64,000 nt of DNA from the human T2T-CHM13v2.0 reference genome, Homo sapiens. The notes beneath the pieces were generated by a model. It did not search any database, was not told where the DNA came from, and saw only the letters and a program-made list of their open reading frames with translations. The position numbers and the translations under genes are program-made. This document shows, piece by piece, positions 29,772 to 51,124 of the stretch (position 1 is the first letter of the stretch; the number at the start of each line of letters is the position of its first letter). The stretch is from assembly GCF_009914755.1 (NCBI RefSeq), contig NC_060940.1; one strand, written 5' to 3'.

Positions 29772-30965
29772 CTTCTTTGACTACAAAGGAATAAAACTAG
29801 ATATCAATAAGAAGAGTAATTTTGGAAACAATACAATCACATGGAAGTTAAACACTACCCACCTGAATAAATGACTAGCGGGTCAATGAAGATAATAAGA
29901 CAGAAATTCAAAAATTTCATGAAACAAAGGGTAACGAAAACACAGTATACCAAAACTTGTTATGCAGAAAGCAGTACAAAGGCAGAGATTTACAGCTATA
30001 AGTGCCTACCATCCAAACAAAAGAAAAACTTCAAATAAACAATACATCTTAAATAACTAGTAAAGTAAGAACAAACTAAACCAAAAATAAGAAAAATAAA
30101 TAAGATCGTAGCAGAAATAAAATTGAAAGAAAAAAACACACAAGATGAAATGAAAAGTTGGTTTTCTGGAAAGCAAAACAAAATTGACAAACTTTTAACC
30201 AGGCTAACTAAGAAAAAAGAGACAAGATTCAAATAAATAAAATCAACAGATTAAAAAAGGGAGACATTACAACTAATACTTCAGAAATTCAAAGGATCAT
30301 AACTGGCTATTATATGCCAATAAATTGGAAAGCCTAGTAGAAATTGGCAAATTCCTAGATGCATACAACCTACTTAGGTTGAACAATGAAAACATCCAAG
30401 ACCAGAACAGATTGGTAACAAGTAATGAGATTGAAGCCATCAGAAAAAGTCTCCCAGTAAAGAAAAGCCCAGGAACTGATGTCTTCACTGCTGATGGCTT
30501 CACACCAAACAATTTAATGACCTAGTACAAATCCTACTCAAACTATTTTGAAAAACAGGAGGGAATACTTCCAAACTTATTCTATGAGACCATTATTACT
30601 GTGATACCAAAATCAGACGAAGGCATCAAAGAAGGAAACTACAGGCCAGTATCTCTAATATTGATGCAAAAATCCTCAACGAAATACCAGTGAATCAAAT
30701 TCAGTAAAACATTAAAAAGATAATTCATCATGATCAAGTGGGATGTATCCCTGGGATGCAAGAGTCACTCAACATACAATGTGATACATCATATCAACCA
30801 AATAAACGACAAAAACAGTATGATCATGTCAACTGAAACTGAAAAAGCATTTGATGAAATTCAACATCCCTTCATGCTATTAATCCTCAAATAAACGGGT
30901 ACAGAAGAAACATACCACAACATAATAAAAACTACAGGAAAGACACCCACAGCTAGAATCATATG
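29772..30965 (+). mobile_element. Degenerate L1 ORF2 fragment (end of EN to start of RT)
   Basis: GGAATAAAACTAGATATCAATAAG..., AAAAGCCCAGGAACTGATG, ACTACAGGCCAGTATCTCTA, CATGATCAAGTGGGA; many stops. Confidence 0.85.
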
Positions 30966-31254
30966 GAGAGAGGTCCAGGCTGCAGTGAGCTGTGATCCCA
31001 CCACTGCACTCCAGCCTGGGCAACAGAGTGAAAGCCTGTCTCAAAAAAAAAATACATAAAAAGAGGTATGAACCTCTTTTATAGGTGCAGTGACTCACAT
31101 CTGTAATGCTAACACTTTCTGGGAGGCTGAGGTGAGAGGATCTCTTGAGGCCAGGAGTTCAAGATCAGCCTGGGCAAAATAGCGAGACCCTTTATCTACA
31201 AAAAATTTTTAAATATTTGCCAGGTGTGGTGGCACGTGCCTGTAGTCTTAAACA

Positions 31255-31830
31255 ATTATCATATGACCCGGATAGTGTATTCCTTAGGGATATACCCAAG
31301 GGAAATGAAAATATACATCCACACTAAAATTTGTACACAAATGTTCACAGCAGCATTGTGCATAATAGCCAAAAATTGGAAAAAAAACTCAAGTGCCTAT
31401 CAACAGAGGAACTGAAAAAATATGGTATACCCATTCAAAAGATTACTCAGCATTAAAAAAGAATGAAGTGTTGATATACGCTACAGCATGGATAAACCTT
31501 GAAAACACTGTGTCAAGTGAAATAAGTCAATCACAAAAGACCATATGTAGTAAGATTTCATTCTGTGAAACCTCCAGAACAGCTAAACTCAGAGACAGAA
31601 AGTAAGCTAGTTATTGCCAGGGACTAGGGGAAAAGGGAATAAGGATGACTGCTAATGGGTATGGGATTTCTTGTGGACTGATGAAAATGGTCTGAAAGTA
31701 TCTAGATACCTGTCTTGTTTGTGCGATTCTGTGAACATATTATAAACCACAAAATTCTGCACTCAAGGGGTTGATTTCATGGTAGGTGAATTTATCTCAT
31801 TTATCTTTATCTCAATAAAGCTTTTTAAAG
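31255..31830 (+). mobile_element. Old L1M 3' end fragment
   Basis: ATGTTCACAGCAGCATT, ACAGCATGGATAAACCTTGAAAAC, ending ATCTCAATAAAGCT. Confidence 0.7.
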
Positions 31831-31999
31831 ACACTTTAAAAAGACATATCTGTATAAGCTACAAAAATAACACACTGAGAGACTAAAATGCTTAATTTTT
31901 CCATTTTTCTTCTTCAGCGCAATCTCAAGTCCAAAAGTCTTTCCTTCCTATATATGCATATTTTGTCCAGTGAAACAAGAAACTCTATTAACTTTATTA

Positions 32000-32434
32000 G
32001 AAATAAAAAAAAGCCATGTGTGCTGGCTCACAGCTGTGCTTCCAGCTATTCAGAAGGCTGAGGAAGAAGGATCACTTGAGGCCAAGACTGGGAGTTCAAG
32101 ACCAGCTGAGGCAACATAGCTAGATCCTGCCTTTAAAAATATTTTTTAGGTCAGGCACGGGGGCTCACGCCTGTAATCCCAGCACTTTGGGAGGCCAAGG
32201 AGGGCAGATCATTTGAGATCAGGAGTTCAAAACCAGCCTGGACAACATGGTGAAACCCCATCTCTTCTAAAAATATAAAAATTAGCCAGGTGTAGTGGTG
32301 GGCACCTGTAATTCCAGCTACTTGGGAGGCTGAGGCAGGAGAATTGCTTGAGCCGGGAGGGTGGAGGCTGCAGTGAGGCCAAGATCATTCCACTACACTC
32401 CAGCCTGGGTGACAGAGCAAGACTCCGTCTCAGG

Positions 32435-32484
<50 letters not shown>

Positions 32485-33856
32485 TATACACATATATGCG
32501 TATATATATATATATATACGCATATATGTGTATATGTATATATATATTTTTTAGGTTAAAACTCTACTGAAATGAAACTAATAAAATAAAATTCAACTTA
32601 ATTAAAAAATAGTTCCTGAAATATTAATTTTCAAACAATTCTATTTTAGCTTTGACTCTGAACAAAATATAAACGTCAATTTCAAAATATCACAAAGATT
32701 GGCTGGGGGCAGTGGCTCATGCTTGTAATTCCAGCACTTTGGGAGGACGAGGCATGAGCCTCACTAGAGGCCAGGAGTTCCAGAGCAGCCTGGCCAACAT
32801 AGGGAAACCCAGTCTCTACTAAAAAAATACAACAAAAATTACCCGGGTCTAGTAACCCCAGCTACTCAGGAGGCCGAGGCATTAGAATCACTGGAATCTG
32901 GGAGGTGGAGGTTGCAGTGAGTGGAGATCATGCCACAGCACTCCAACCTGGGCGACAGACTGAGAGTCCGTCTCAAAAAAATAAAAATAAGGCCAGGTGC
33001 TGTGGCTCACACCTGTAATCCCAGCACTTCGGGAGGCCAAGGTGGGCAGATCACTTGAGGTCAAGGAGTTTGGGACCAGCCTGGGCAACACAGTGAAACC
33101 TCCTCTCTACTAAAAATACATAAATTAGCTGGGCATGGTGGCACACACTTGTAATGCCAGCTACACCAGAGGCTGAGGCAGGGGAATTGTTTGAATTCGG
33201 GAGGTGGAGGTTGTAGTGACCTGAGATTGTGCTACTGCACTCCAGCCTGGACGACAGAGTGAGACTCCATCTCAAAAAAAAAGAAAAAAAAAAGAAAATT
33301 TAAATTTAAAATTTAAAAAAGTCACAAAGACTACAAATACTCAGGTTTAAGCAAATTCCCACCTTTCTCGAATTAACAGTAATTCATATTTGCTTTGTCA
33401 AAAATGTAGATATTTACCTGCCTCAACGGAATGAAATCCTAAAAGCCTAGTGTTCTCAAATGATGAAGACAAAGAAACATGCATATTTTAATTTAGAATT
33501 TTGATTCAGAATTAATTTTAACCTAGCTGGAGTATACATAATCATTTATGTATTTATTTACTTATTTAAGAGACTGGGTTTCGCTGTGTTATCCAGGATG
33601 GAATGCAGTGGCACAACCTTGGCTCACTGCAACTTGTGCTTCCTGAGCTCAAGCGATCCTCCCACCTCAGTCTCCAGAGTAGCTGGGACTGCAAGTGCAC
33701 GTTACCACACCCAGCTAATTTTTGCGGAGACGAGCCTCGCTATGTTTCCCACACTGGTCTCTAAGTCCTTGGCTCACTACAGCCTCAAGCCCCTGGGCTC
33801 AAGCAATCTGCCTCCCAAAGTGCTGAGATTACAGGAGTGAGCCACCACAACCGGCC
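32000..33856. mobile_element. Alu cluster (monomer plus four Alus) with (TA)n(CA)n microsatellite at 32452-32547
   Basis: Canonical Alu motifs; A-tail-derived dinucleotide repeat. Confidence 0.88.
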
Positions 33857-34479
33857 TACTCGATAGTGTATACTAAGCAACATATACCCTGCTTTTGCCT
33901 AGAACATACTGAAAACATGGCATTAAAAACAATCACAAAAGTTGGGAGCTGAGAAAAATATACTGTAAAACAAATCTGACAGATATTAATCTCAAGAAGC
34001 TCCTGAAAATGTCTCAAGAACTCCTATGCTGCACTCTCCCTAATAATTTAGACTTTCTACAGATATTTTCTGATCATCTACCGTGTGCCAGGCACCATGC
34101 CAGGTACCAAGATGCCATGGTGAGGTATACACAAAACCGGCTCCTGCTTGCGGGAAGCCTACTCTCTCAAACAGTGCTTGCCAAGCTCGACTGATCACAA
34201 CTTGGGAGCTTGTTTAAGTTCCAAATCGGCTTCCCTGCTTAGGTGAGCCACAATCCGTGGCATTTTTATCAGGTGCTCCCAATGATTCCTACGCTCTAAC
34301 GGGTTTGGGAGGAAAGGGTGGGGGTAAGCTCGAGAGCCCAGACCCATCCCGTCCAGCGGGGGTCCCACCTCTAAAGTCCATGTCGCTCAGCATCCTTCCC
34401 CCTGACTAGTGGCCCAAACACAGCAGGAAGCTGAGGTGGGTGGAACGCTTTCCAAAACAGCGCTCTGTGATGAGCCACC

Positions 34480-35600
34480 GACAGACTTGCTCGCCTCCGG
34501 GAACGAAGAGCTCACTCCTCACAAACCCCACCAGGGAAAGGTAGCACCTGAGCCTCCCGGGCTGTGCGGACATCTGTCTCCCCGCGGGTGCCGCCTACTG
34601 CTCCGGTGGACTCCAGTCCCCAGGTTCCGCCCCACGGGGACTGGGGGGAGGGGGGAGGCGCCGCGCGCATTAGGCGCTGACAGTATACCGACCCCCCCTC
34701 CGGTGTGCGCAGGCCAACACCCATACACACCCTCACACACCCGCACACACTCCCGTGGAAACTGAGGCAGGCAGGCGGCGGACCAGGTCCCGCCGCCTGA
34801 CGGCTAGCGGCTGGGATGGAACCCGGACTGCCAGACGCCTTCCGCCTCACAGGCACTCCTCAGCCGCTGAGGCCCGGCCAGGCTCCCACCGCCGGAGTTT
34901 CACAAAGAAAGTCTCCCGGCCCGAGCCCCTCACGCACTCACCGGCGCCGACGCCCGCGGCGACTGGGGCTCCCACCTCCTTCAGCTCCTTGCGGGGGTCG
35001 GCCCTGGGGTCGGCTTGGGCGCCGGCAGCGGCGACTGCTCCACATCCACCGGGTCCGGGCCGCGTCCGCCTCGAGCTAACGGTCCCGCCAGCTAGGCGCG
35101 CTCGCCAGTTCCGGGCGCCATGTTCCCGCTGTGCTGCTCGCCGCCGAGGCGACCCTCACTGCCCCCCAGCCACGCGCGCCCCCGCGGGCCCACACACGAA
35201 CCCCGCACGCGCGCGTTCGCCGCGCCCCCTCCCTCCCCGCGCGCCCCGCCTCGCGCCCTCTGGAGCTGGCCGCTGTTCCCAGTGTCTCGCCCACCCCCGC
35301 CGGGCCCGTCCGACTCCGCGGGTGAGCGCGTGGTTCCCGGCTCGGCACCGCCGCCTGCCTCTCTGCAGACCACCCCGGACCCGACCCCTCGGCCACTTCC
35401 CCACACTGCCCCTTTCGCTTCCCCCACCACGCGGGGCCTAGGACGAGGGTCTGGGCCAAGAGGAGCTTCCCTGCAAGAAGTGCCCAGCTAAGGACGCTAC
35501 TAAGGGGGCGGGATCGCCACCGTGGAGGTGTGCAAGCAGGTGCCTGCGTCCCGGAGACAGCCAGACTCAACGGAGAAGCTGAGTTGAAGTCCCACATCTC
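34480..35600. promoter_or_regulatory. CpG island (duplicated TTC28 promoter/exon 1)
   Basis: Very GC- and CpG-rich (e.g. CCCCGCACGCGCGCGTTCGCCGCGCCCCC), GC box GGGGGCGGG near 35504, surrounds the TTC28 exon remnant. Confidence 0.85.
34942..35043 (-). pseudogene. TTC28: TTC28 exon 1 coding remnant (start lost, internal stop)
   Basis: Reads VEQSPLPAPKPTPGPTPARS*RRWEPQSPRASAP|gtgagt versus recalled TTC28 N-terminus MEQSPPPAPEPTQGPTPARSRRRREPESPPASAP. ATG>GTG, TGA at 34983-34981. TTC28 lies downstream of CHEK2 on the same strand at the parent locus, as here. Confidence 0.88.
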
Positions 35601-35653
35601 CACTAACCCTTGCGTGTTAGGGTCAGGGCTTCGGGACTTGTTTCTCCTAAATC

Positions 35654-35956
<303 letters not shown>

Positions 35957-36258
35957 GTTTCTCCGAAATCTGAAGACTCAATATCATAATCAAGAGAACG
36001 CCTCAGCACCGCGCCTAGCACTTAGTAGGTAGTGATCAAGAGAGAAGACCTCTTAAGTGGTTTTAATGGTTAAGGACCACAGGTTCTCAAGAAAGGGAAA
36101 TCTCAATTCAAGTCCCGCCTCCATCTCTTGGAAACTGAGAAACCTTGAACAAGTCACTCAGAGGAGCCAAAGATCCTTGATTTCTACATGTGCAAAAGGG
36201 GAGTGTGGCAGTAGCACTGCACAGGGTTGACTGAGCTTTCAGGGAGATGATGACTGTA

Positions 36259-37712
<1,454 letters not shown>

Positions 37713-38081
37713 CATATCCCAGGGCCCAATGCCTGGCACACACAAAGCTGAGTTTCACTGGTGTAATTCCCACCCTATCCATCCAAGAATCCTAAAAGTT
37801 TAATGAAAGGGGCTCTGCTCCCAAAACCCTGTGGTATAAGTAGCTGGGAGGAGTTCGCCCGACTTGGGGTTTCAAGGACTCTTTCTTCCCACCTGTTTGC
37901 TTTCCTTTCTCTCCCCAAAACTTCTCTGAAAACCCTAAAGTTGGCAGAAAAATGGAGAATGTTTTCCCTACTAACAAAAAGAATCTTCAAGAGTCTCTTG
38001 GGATTTGTAAATGGTTGCATTTACTAGTCTGGTTTTCTTTTTGTTTTGCTTTTTTGTTTTTGTTTTTGTTTTTTTTTTTGA

Positions 38082-41582
<3,501 letters not shown>

Positions 41583-43069
41583 TTAAATATTCAAATGAGC
41601 TAAAACCTATCTAATTGGAAATCTCAGTCTTATTCCTTTAAACATGCAAACCACCTAAATTCCCAACAAACCCCCTACACCCGGCCAGCCAAGTCTCAGA
41701 ATGCTTATATACCCTTTAATAGAAATTTTCAACCACCATCCCCATTTCCTAAGGAAATGGCTGTGTGCCCTTGAGCCTGCCTTGACTGAATCACCAGTGG
41801 CCTTTGAACCATGGCACTCAATTCATGGCATGGCCAGTGAGCTACAAAGTGTCCTAGCATCGACCAAGCAAAGTTATAAAGGCAGATTCAGTGGACAATA
41901 AGGAACATTAGTTTTAGAGTCAAAAAGACCTGGGTTGGGTCCCAGCTCTGCCATTTACCAGCTGCGCGACATCAGAAAAGTTACCTTCATCCTCCAACTT
42001 TGGTTTCCTCACCTGTGACGTGACAGTGGCTAGAGGACCTCACAGAATCACTGTGAGGACAAGAGCAGCCAAGGGTAAGTCTTTGCACAAGGCCTCCCCG
42101 GTCATTATTGGGTCATCAAGACATAACCGTGCCTTATCTCCACTTCAAAAACCCAAACAGCTCTCAAAAATGAGTCATTGTAGCTCATTTGGAAGAAAAG
42201 ACTGATATGAATCAATATGCAACTACCTACAATCTTTCTCTATCCCTCTTACTGTGAATATTTGCTGTGGAAATATTAACATGTTTGGTCTCCACTGGGG
42301 TAGGACTCCACATGTGTAGGACTCCACTGGGGTGCTACACATACACATAGTAGATATGCCTTACCACCTTCCGAAAATTGGGTAATTAAATTTCACAACT
42401 TATCTAGCCCAAAGGTTTCAGAGACTGTAGACCTGTATCTTTATGAGGGCAAGGATGAGAGTATAACCTGGCCTGTTATTATGCACCAAGGTACCTGCTG
42501 TTCTCATGAAGATGTCAGCAGCCAGCCAGCCAGTCTCTACAAACTCCACCCCCAACCTCGCTATGCTCCTTTCCCTGGAACTTTCCAAGGGGCCCTTAGA
42601 ATTTGCATTCAGCTCTCACAGGCTGAGACCAGGGTGACATCCTGGGAAACCTGCCTAGTGATAGCCAAGGTGTAGCTCCAGATGAAAGGCACACAACAAC
42701 TTTAAATATAAAAAAGCCATTCAGGCTAGGCATAGTGGCTCACATGTGTAATCCCAGCACTTTAAGAGACCGAGGCAGGCGGATCACCTGAGGTCAGAAG
42801 TTCAAGACCAGGCTGGCCAACATGGCAAAACCCAGTCTCTACAAAAAAATATAAAAATTAGCTTGGCATGGTGGCGCATACCTGTAATCCCAGCTACTCA
42901 GGAGGCTGAGGCACGAGAATCGCTTGAACCTGGGAAGCAGAGGTTGCAGTGAGCCAAGCTTGCACCACTACACTTCAGGCTGGGCAACAGAGTGAGACTC
43001 CATCTCAAATAAATAAATAATAAAGCCATTCAACTAAAGAACCGATTATCAAGCAGAAGCACAAAGCCC

Positions 43070-43350
<281 letters not shown>

Positions 43351-43828
43351 TCACTGGCTTCTTTAAGATTATCAAAGTTCCTCAATGTACTTCCAGTAAA
43401 GTGGGGGCATTTGATGTGAAATTCTAGTACCAAAAATTACTGGTTTTCATCATTGACAACTGAGTCCTCATCACAGCCCGCAACTCAGACATGCTTATCT
43501 AATAGATATTTCTCTCCCTTATGGCTTCTGACCTCTGAATGATGTATACTGAAAGCAAGTAGCATAACCAACTTCCTCTTGATCATCCTCTTCTAAATAT
43601 CAAGTTTAAAAGGACTGCAATACCTCTCAGTTGAAGCCCCAAGTCTTGGTCTTTTGCGGGAAGACAACCTTTGTGCCTTAGTTGTTTTCCCATATGCAAA
43701 ATTGGGAGGAAGGCTGGGTGTGGTGACTCACACCTGTAATCCAAGCACTTTGGGAAGCCGAGGTGGGTAGGTCATTTCAGGTCAAAAGTTCGAGACAAGC
43801 CTGACCAACATGGCAAAACCCCATCTCA

Positions 43829-43978
<150 letters not shown>

Positions 43979-44407
43979 CTAAGAGTCTGTCTCAAGAAAA
44001 TAAAAATCGGGGGGGAGAAAACAGTGGGAAAAAGGACAGCTACCATTCAACAACAACAACAACAAAAAAGCAGGACTGGAATTAACTTATACTCACAAAG
44101 AACTTTAAAGAATAAAATTGTAATCAAGGAATCAACTACGGACCCAAATTTTAATTTTCCAACAAATTTATATTTGAGCCTCTAATAGAGTCTTTTGAAA
44201 TTGCCTTGCAGGTGACCTTTTGGATGACAATCCCTAGCTGTGCTTATCTGTCTATTATGTGTTAGATATTAAACATAACCTGCATTTTTAAATCTAAGGG
44301 TGCTAGAGTGAATCAAGTTCAAAGAGAGTTTCTACTACATTATAACTGAAACAATGTTAAGCAATTATTACTCAGGAAAATCTTGAATTTCATCTCTTTA
44401 CTTATCA

Positions 44408-44587
<180 letters not shown>

Positions 44588-45376
44588 CTAGAATGACAGG
44601 GCTAGCATGCCCCTGTGGAAAGAGGGAGGAAAAGATGTCCGTCCAAGAATCATCCCCTTGATGAAGCTCCCACAGCGAAGGCATTATGTGTTGCCCCCCT
44701 CTACCTTCCCAGAGGAGTCAAATTAGCAGTCAATGCTCCATCAATCCTGGCTGACTCACATCCACATGCCTAAAAGCTCTCAGTGGGTCAATCACAGCCT
44801 CCGGCAGTCAAGAGTTTCTGAATTAGCATCCCAGATCCTGAGAAAGGTGACAATCAGAGGGCCAGGGGCTGGGTCTGACTCCGTGCAGCTCCTCAAATCC
44901 TTCCAGGACCACTCTCCACCTGCTGCCCCTGCCATGAATGAGGCCAGTCACCCAGGCTGTCCTAACAACCAGCCCAGCACCCTAGGAAAATTCACCCAGC
45001 AGATGCCATACAAATTTTCAGAAGTACTTAAGGCCACAATATCCCAGAGCTCAGGTCTAATGAGAAAGGGAGACAATAAACATAACAAAGCATTACAGCT
45101 GTTTCATGCTGCAGGAGCGGGAGATGAGGAGGGCACAGACAGTGGGTATACGAGTAGCTCCCACCTCTCTGGATGCTTACTTCTGCAGGGTTCAAGGATT
45201 TGCATTAGGAAACCCTGAGAGGTGGTCTGATGCAGCTCTCCCCAACTTCAGCAAGGTGAAAGGAACATCTATAACTAGGAATGTGGCCTTTGAGTTCTGG
45301 CCAGAAGCCCAGCTCAGCCACTCACAGGTGGCATGTGCAGAATACAGACCCAGAGTTATCTGACTCCAATGCCTCA

Positions 45377-47010
<1,634 letters not shown>

Positions 47011-48009
47011 AAATTAAATTATAATATCCCTTGAAAGCAAACAGAAGAAATCCTCTATTTCAGGCAGTAAATATGAGGCAGACAGTAGATGTAAGGGATG
47101 CTCCCAAAACTGGGCACTCTGTTAATGACAAAACAGAGACCAGAATCCACATTCCCAACACTCAGTCCAGCGCCAGAACCACAAAACCATTTGGTTTTTG
47201 TGAAAACACTGAATTTTCCCAAAATAAAACCCAAACTATCACTAACAGATGTTTTAGATGGTCAGTCTTCATCTTTGTCTTCATTCAATGCTCATTCCTC
47301 CTTTTACTGCAAAAACAAAAGGTGGCTAAAAGAGTATTCCAGGGAGATTCTGCAACGGAGTTGAACTTCACCTTCTCCTTGGTTGTTAATAAGTTTTCTT
47401 TGAGACAAAGAAGCACAAGAAAAATAGGCTATGCTTGCTCATAAATTTCAGGCAGATGCAAACCCTGTTCCCAGGCTCAACTGGCCAGCTCTGTTTTTTT
47501 GCTAGAGATGAACACAGCTCCTGTACCTCTACATTTAGAACCAAGAGTTTCCCTATTAGGACACATGAAAAGAGCCAAAAGACATGTTTCTCTTTTTCAT
47601 CAAAATTAAAATCCCCACATGCAAAGGCACCCTTTGTTTCCAAACCCCCTTCCTCTAGGTTCCTGCTGTTTCAAATCTGTGTGGTCTATTAAATGCTAAA
47701 TCATCTGACAGATTTCTTCTGGGGAGACTATAGTTTCCAGGGCAACATCCAAAACACATATATCTGTCTTTTTTTTTTCTTAAGTTTTTGTTGTTCTCAA
47801 CCTGAGCTGGCCTGAGCAAAACTGTTAGGTGTAGAGGATTAGAACAGAGAATGGGGACAGTCTTCCCAGAGTCCCAGAAGTACGGGGCTGAGGCTGGATT
47901 TCCCAAGGAGTTCCTGGACCAGTAATCCCCAGAGAAACAGCATTTAGCTCAAGTAACAGCCTCTAGCTCAAGCTACCAGTTCTGTCCCCCATCTCCACAG
48001 AAAACGGAT

Positions 48010-48375
48010 TGATACAGTTTGGCTTTGTGTCCCTATGCAAATCTCATCTCAAATTGTAATCCCCAGGTGTTGAGAAAGGGACCTGTTGAGAGGTGATTGG
48101 CTCATAGGGGCAGTTCCCCCCAGGCTATTCTCGTGATAGTGAGTGAGTTCTCACGAGATCTGACAGTTTCATAAGAGGCTCTTCACCCTTCACTTCCTTC
48201 ACAAGCTCTCTCACCTGCTGCCATTAAGACATGCCTTCTTCCCCTTCCACCATGATTATAAGTTTCCTGAGGCCTCCCCAGCCATGTGGAGCTGTGAGTC
48301 AGTTAAAGCTCTTTTCTCTATAAATTACCCAGTCTTGGGCAGTTCTTTATAGCAGTGTGAGAACAGACTAATACA
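48010..48375 (+). mobile_element. THE1D/MST-type solo LTR
   Basis: TGATACAGTTTGGCTTTGTGTCCC...TTTATAGCAGTGTGAGAACAGACTAATACA. Confidence 0.85.
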
Positions 48376-48756
48376 CAGACCAAAAGAAAATTAATAGAAA
48401 GGGGCATGGCTGTGCTGAATGGAACTGCTCGTTACAGAAGACCAGACATCTATCAGAAAAACCTGCCCAATGCCGTAGCTAATTCCAAAACTAAAGATTA
48501 ACCCAGCAAAGCCACAATGTACTTCCAACTCTTGGCAGTTCCAAATGAGGTCAGCATTTAATAATGGCAGCCCCTAACCCTAGCAGGAGCACAGCAGTAA
48601 CACAGATGAAAGGTGCAGGTGACAGCCTTCACTAAGGACACATTTACTCATCTGAATGAACAAGCAGTGGGACCCTTTATACCCAGTCACTTGGGCTTGA
48701 GAAATAGCTGGATTCTCCCCAGGGAGGCTGCCCTCCTCCCCCAGTTCCCTGATTTA

Positions 48757-49281
<525 letters not shown>

Positions 49282-49311
49282 TTATGCTAGCAGGCACTGT
49301 CCCACACCCAC

Positions 49312-49396
49312 CTGAAACCATGGTGTCTTAAGGCTTCTTCTGTCGTAAAACATGCCTTTGGATCCACTACCAACAACTTCTTGACAAGGTCCAGAG
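49312..49396 (-). pseudogene. CHEK2: CHEK2 pseudogene, exon 13 equivalent, 1-nt deletion
   Basis: ctttag|CTCTGGACCTTGTCAAG...CACCATGGTTTCAG|gtgggt, [24 protein letters not shown] then frameshift. 85 nt versus 86 recalled. Confidence 0.93.
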
Positions 49397-50403
49397 CTAA
49401 AGCAACAATTGGGCAAATCACAGTGAAAAGTATAAATATATTATCAGTAACAGTATGCCAGAATTAACAGGTCACCATCCAGAAAGAGCAGAGAGGGTCT
49501 GAGATCATCAGGGAGTCAGCAGACAGGGCCCCTTAATCTTCCTCATTCTCTGTATTCAGAGTACTGTGAGAAGACCAGGAATGACAATGACACTCCCTGT
49601 CTCCTGCTGCTGGGACATCAGTCACTACCTCTTCGTTGCCTGTTCCCTCTCTTGTTGCTAGACTCGAGGTCAAACTAATTAAAGCTAAACTTCTACCCAA
49701 TTCTAAGATAACTGGGATGCACAGCAAACTCTCCCTGACATCTACAGATGGATGGGTGACAGTTACTCAGCCAGGGAGAGGCTCCCTGGAACTGCAGACT
49801 TGTCAGAAATAAAACTTGACTACTCCAGCAAGCAACAAATGCACGCTGGCCTGTATATTACAACATTATTATTCCTTAAATATTCTGACATTTAACACAA
49901 TCACCTATGTTATGTTATTTGACATTTAATTTTCTACTTTCTCTTCAGGGAACTAAAGTTGCCAGGATAAATTATAAAATATAAGGTAACTAAAGACATC
50001 TAGTTTTTACACGCTTGCTTACTCAAAGGAAACCTTGTAACTAAAAAGTTACAAGTGCATTTATTTTGCTCATTAAAATAGGTACCAGGCACTTGTGTAC
50101 ATTATCCCTAACCCTCAAAAACCTTTTAAGGTAGGGATTATTGAGGGTCCCTTTACACAGAAAGAAATTGGAGACAGAGGTTAAATAACTTGCCTAAGGC
50201 CACACAGCTAAGTAGTAGCAGACCCAGGACCTGAGTGCATGCTCTTAATAATTTCCAGTGCCTCTCAAATGGTGTGAAACTAACGATAGAAAATAAGAAC
50301 AGAATTGACAGGAGAAAACACCATGGAATTTGGAGAGAAACTCCCACCACAGGACACACACATTTTAGAATACCACAAATTCTTAACCCTTTCATATTCA
50401 TAC

Positions 50404-50519
50404 CTTTCTCTGAGATTTCTGCCCAGACTTTAGGAATGAAGTTGTGTTTTCCACTGGTGATCTGATCCTTCAGTGACACTTGAGTCCTATGCTCAGAGAA
50501 AGGTGGATACCCACTAAGG
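50404..50519 (-). pseudogene. CHEK2: CHEK2 pseudogene, exon 12 equivalent
   Basis: attaag|CCTTAGTGGG...GAGAAAG|gtatga, 116 nt. Translates [38 protein letters not shown] (also in ORF 50153..50575). Confidence 0.95.
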
Positions 50520-50986
50520 CTTAATAATGGTAGAGAGAGAAAGGAAAAGAAATCAAGTGGCATTCTCAGTGGCATTCAGATATAAAGATTTCTTTTTCAG
50601 CATAATGAAAAGTCTGATTTTTCTTTAAATCAATGGTCAAAAAGTGAGCTAGGCTGGGCACAATGGCTCATGCTTGTAATCCCAGTACTTTGGGAGGCCG
50701 AGGGAAGAGGATCACTTGAGCCCAGGAGTTCAAGACCAGCCTGGGCAACATGGCAAAACCCCATCACTACAAAAAATAGAAAAATTAGCTGGGCATGGTG
50801 GTGTGCGCATGTAGTCCCAGCTACTCGGGAGGCTGAGGTGGGAGGATCACTTGACCCAGGAGGCAGAGGCTACAGTTAGCCAAGATCAAGCCACTGCATG
50901 CCAGCCTGGACAACAGAGCAAGACACATTTGTGACTTCATCTAATCACCTCCTACCAGTCTGTGAAGCAATGAAAATATTTCTTAC

Positions 50987-51124
50987 CAGATAAAAAGAAT
51001 AACTCCTAAAACCCAGCAGTCCAACACAAACAAGAACTTCAGGAGCCAAGCAGGTGGGGGTTCCACATAAGGTTCTCACGAGAGAGGTCTCTCCCAAAAT
51101 CTTGGAGTGCCCAAAATCAGTAAT
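50987..51124 (-). pseudogene. CHEK2: CHEK2 unprocessed pseudogene, exon 11 equivalent (DFG/activation loop), 26-nt deletion
   Basis: Minus strand: ttttag|ATTACTGATTTTGGGCACTCCAAG...TTTTATCTG|gtaaga, translating [32 protein letters not shown]. 138 nt versus 164 nt recalled for the parent exon. AG/GT intact. Confidence 0.95.

Noticed and set aside
34409-35603. Overlapping 100-228 aa ORFs in the CpG island
   Set aside because: Expected in very GC-rich DNA; the true TTC28 frame is disrupted.
49312-51124. Compensating frameshifts (-26 and -1 = -27) restoring a CHEK2 frame
   Set aside because: The shifted frame hits a stop at once in exon 12 (CTG|CCT TAG).
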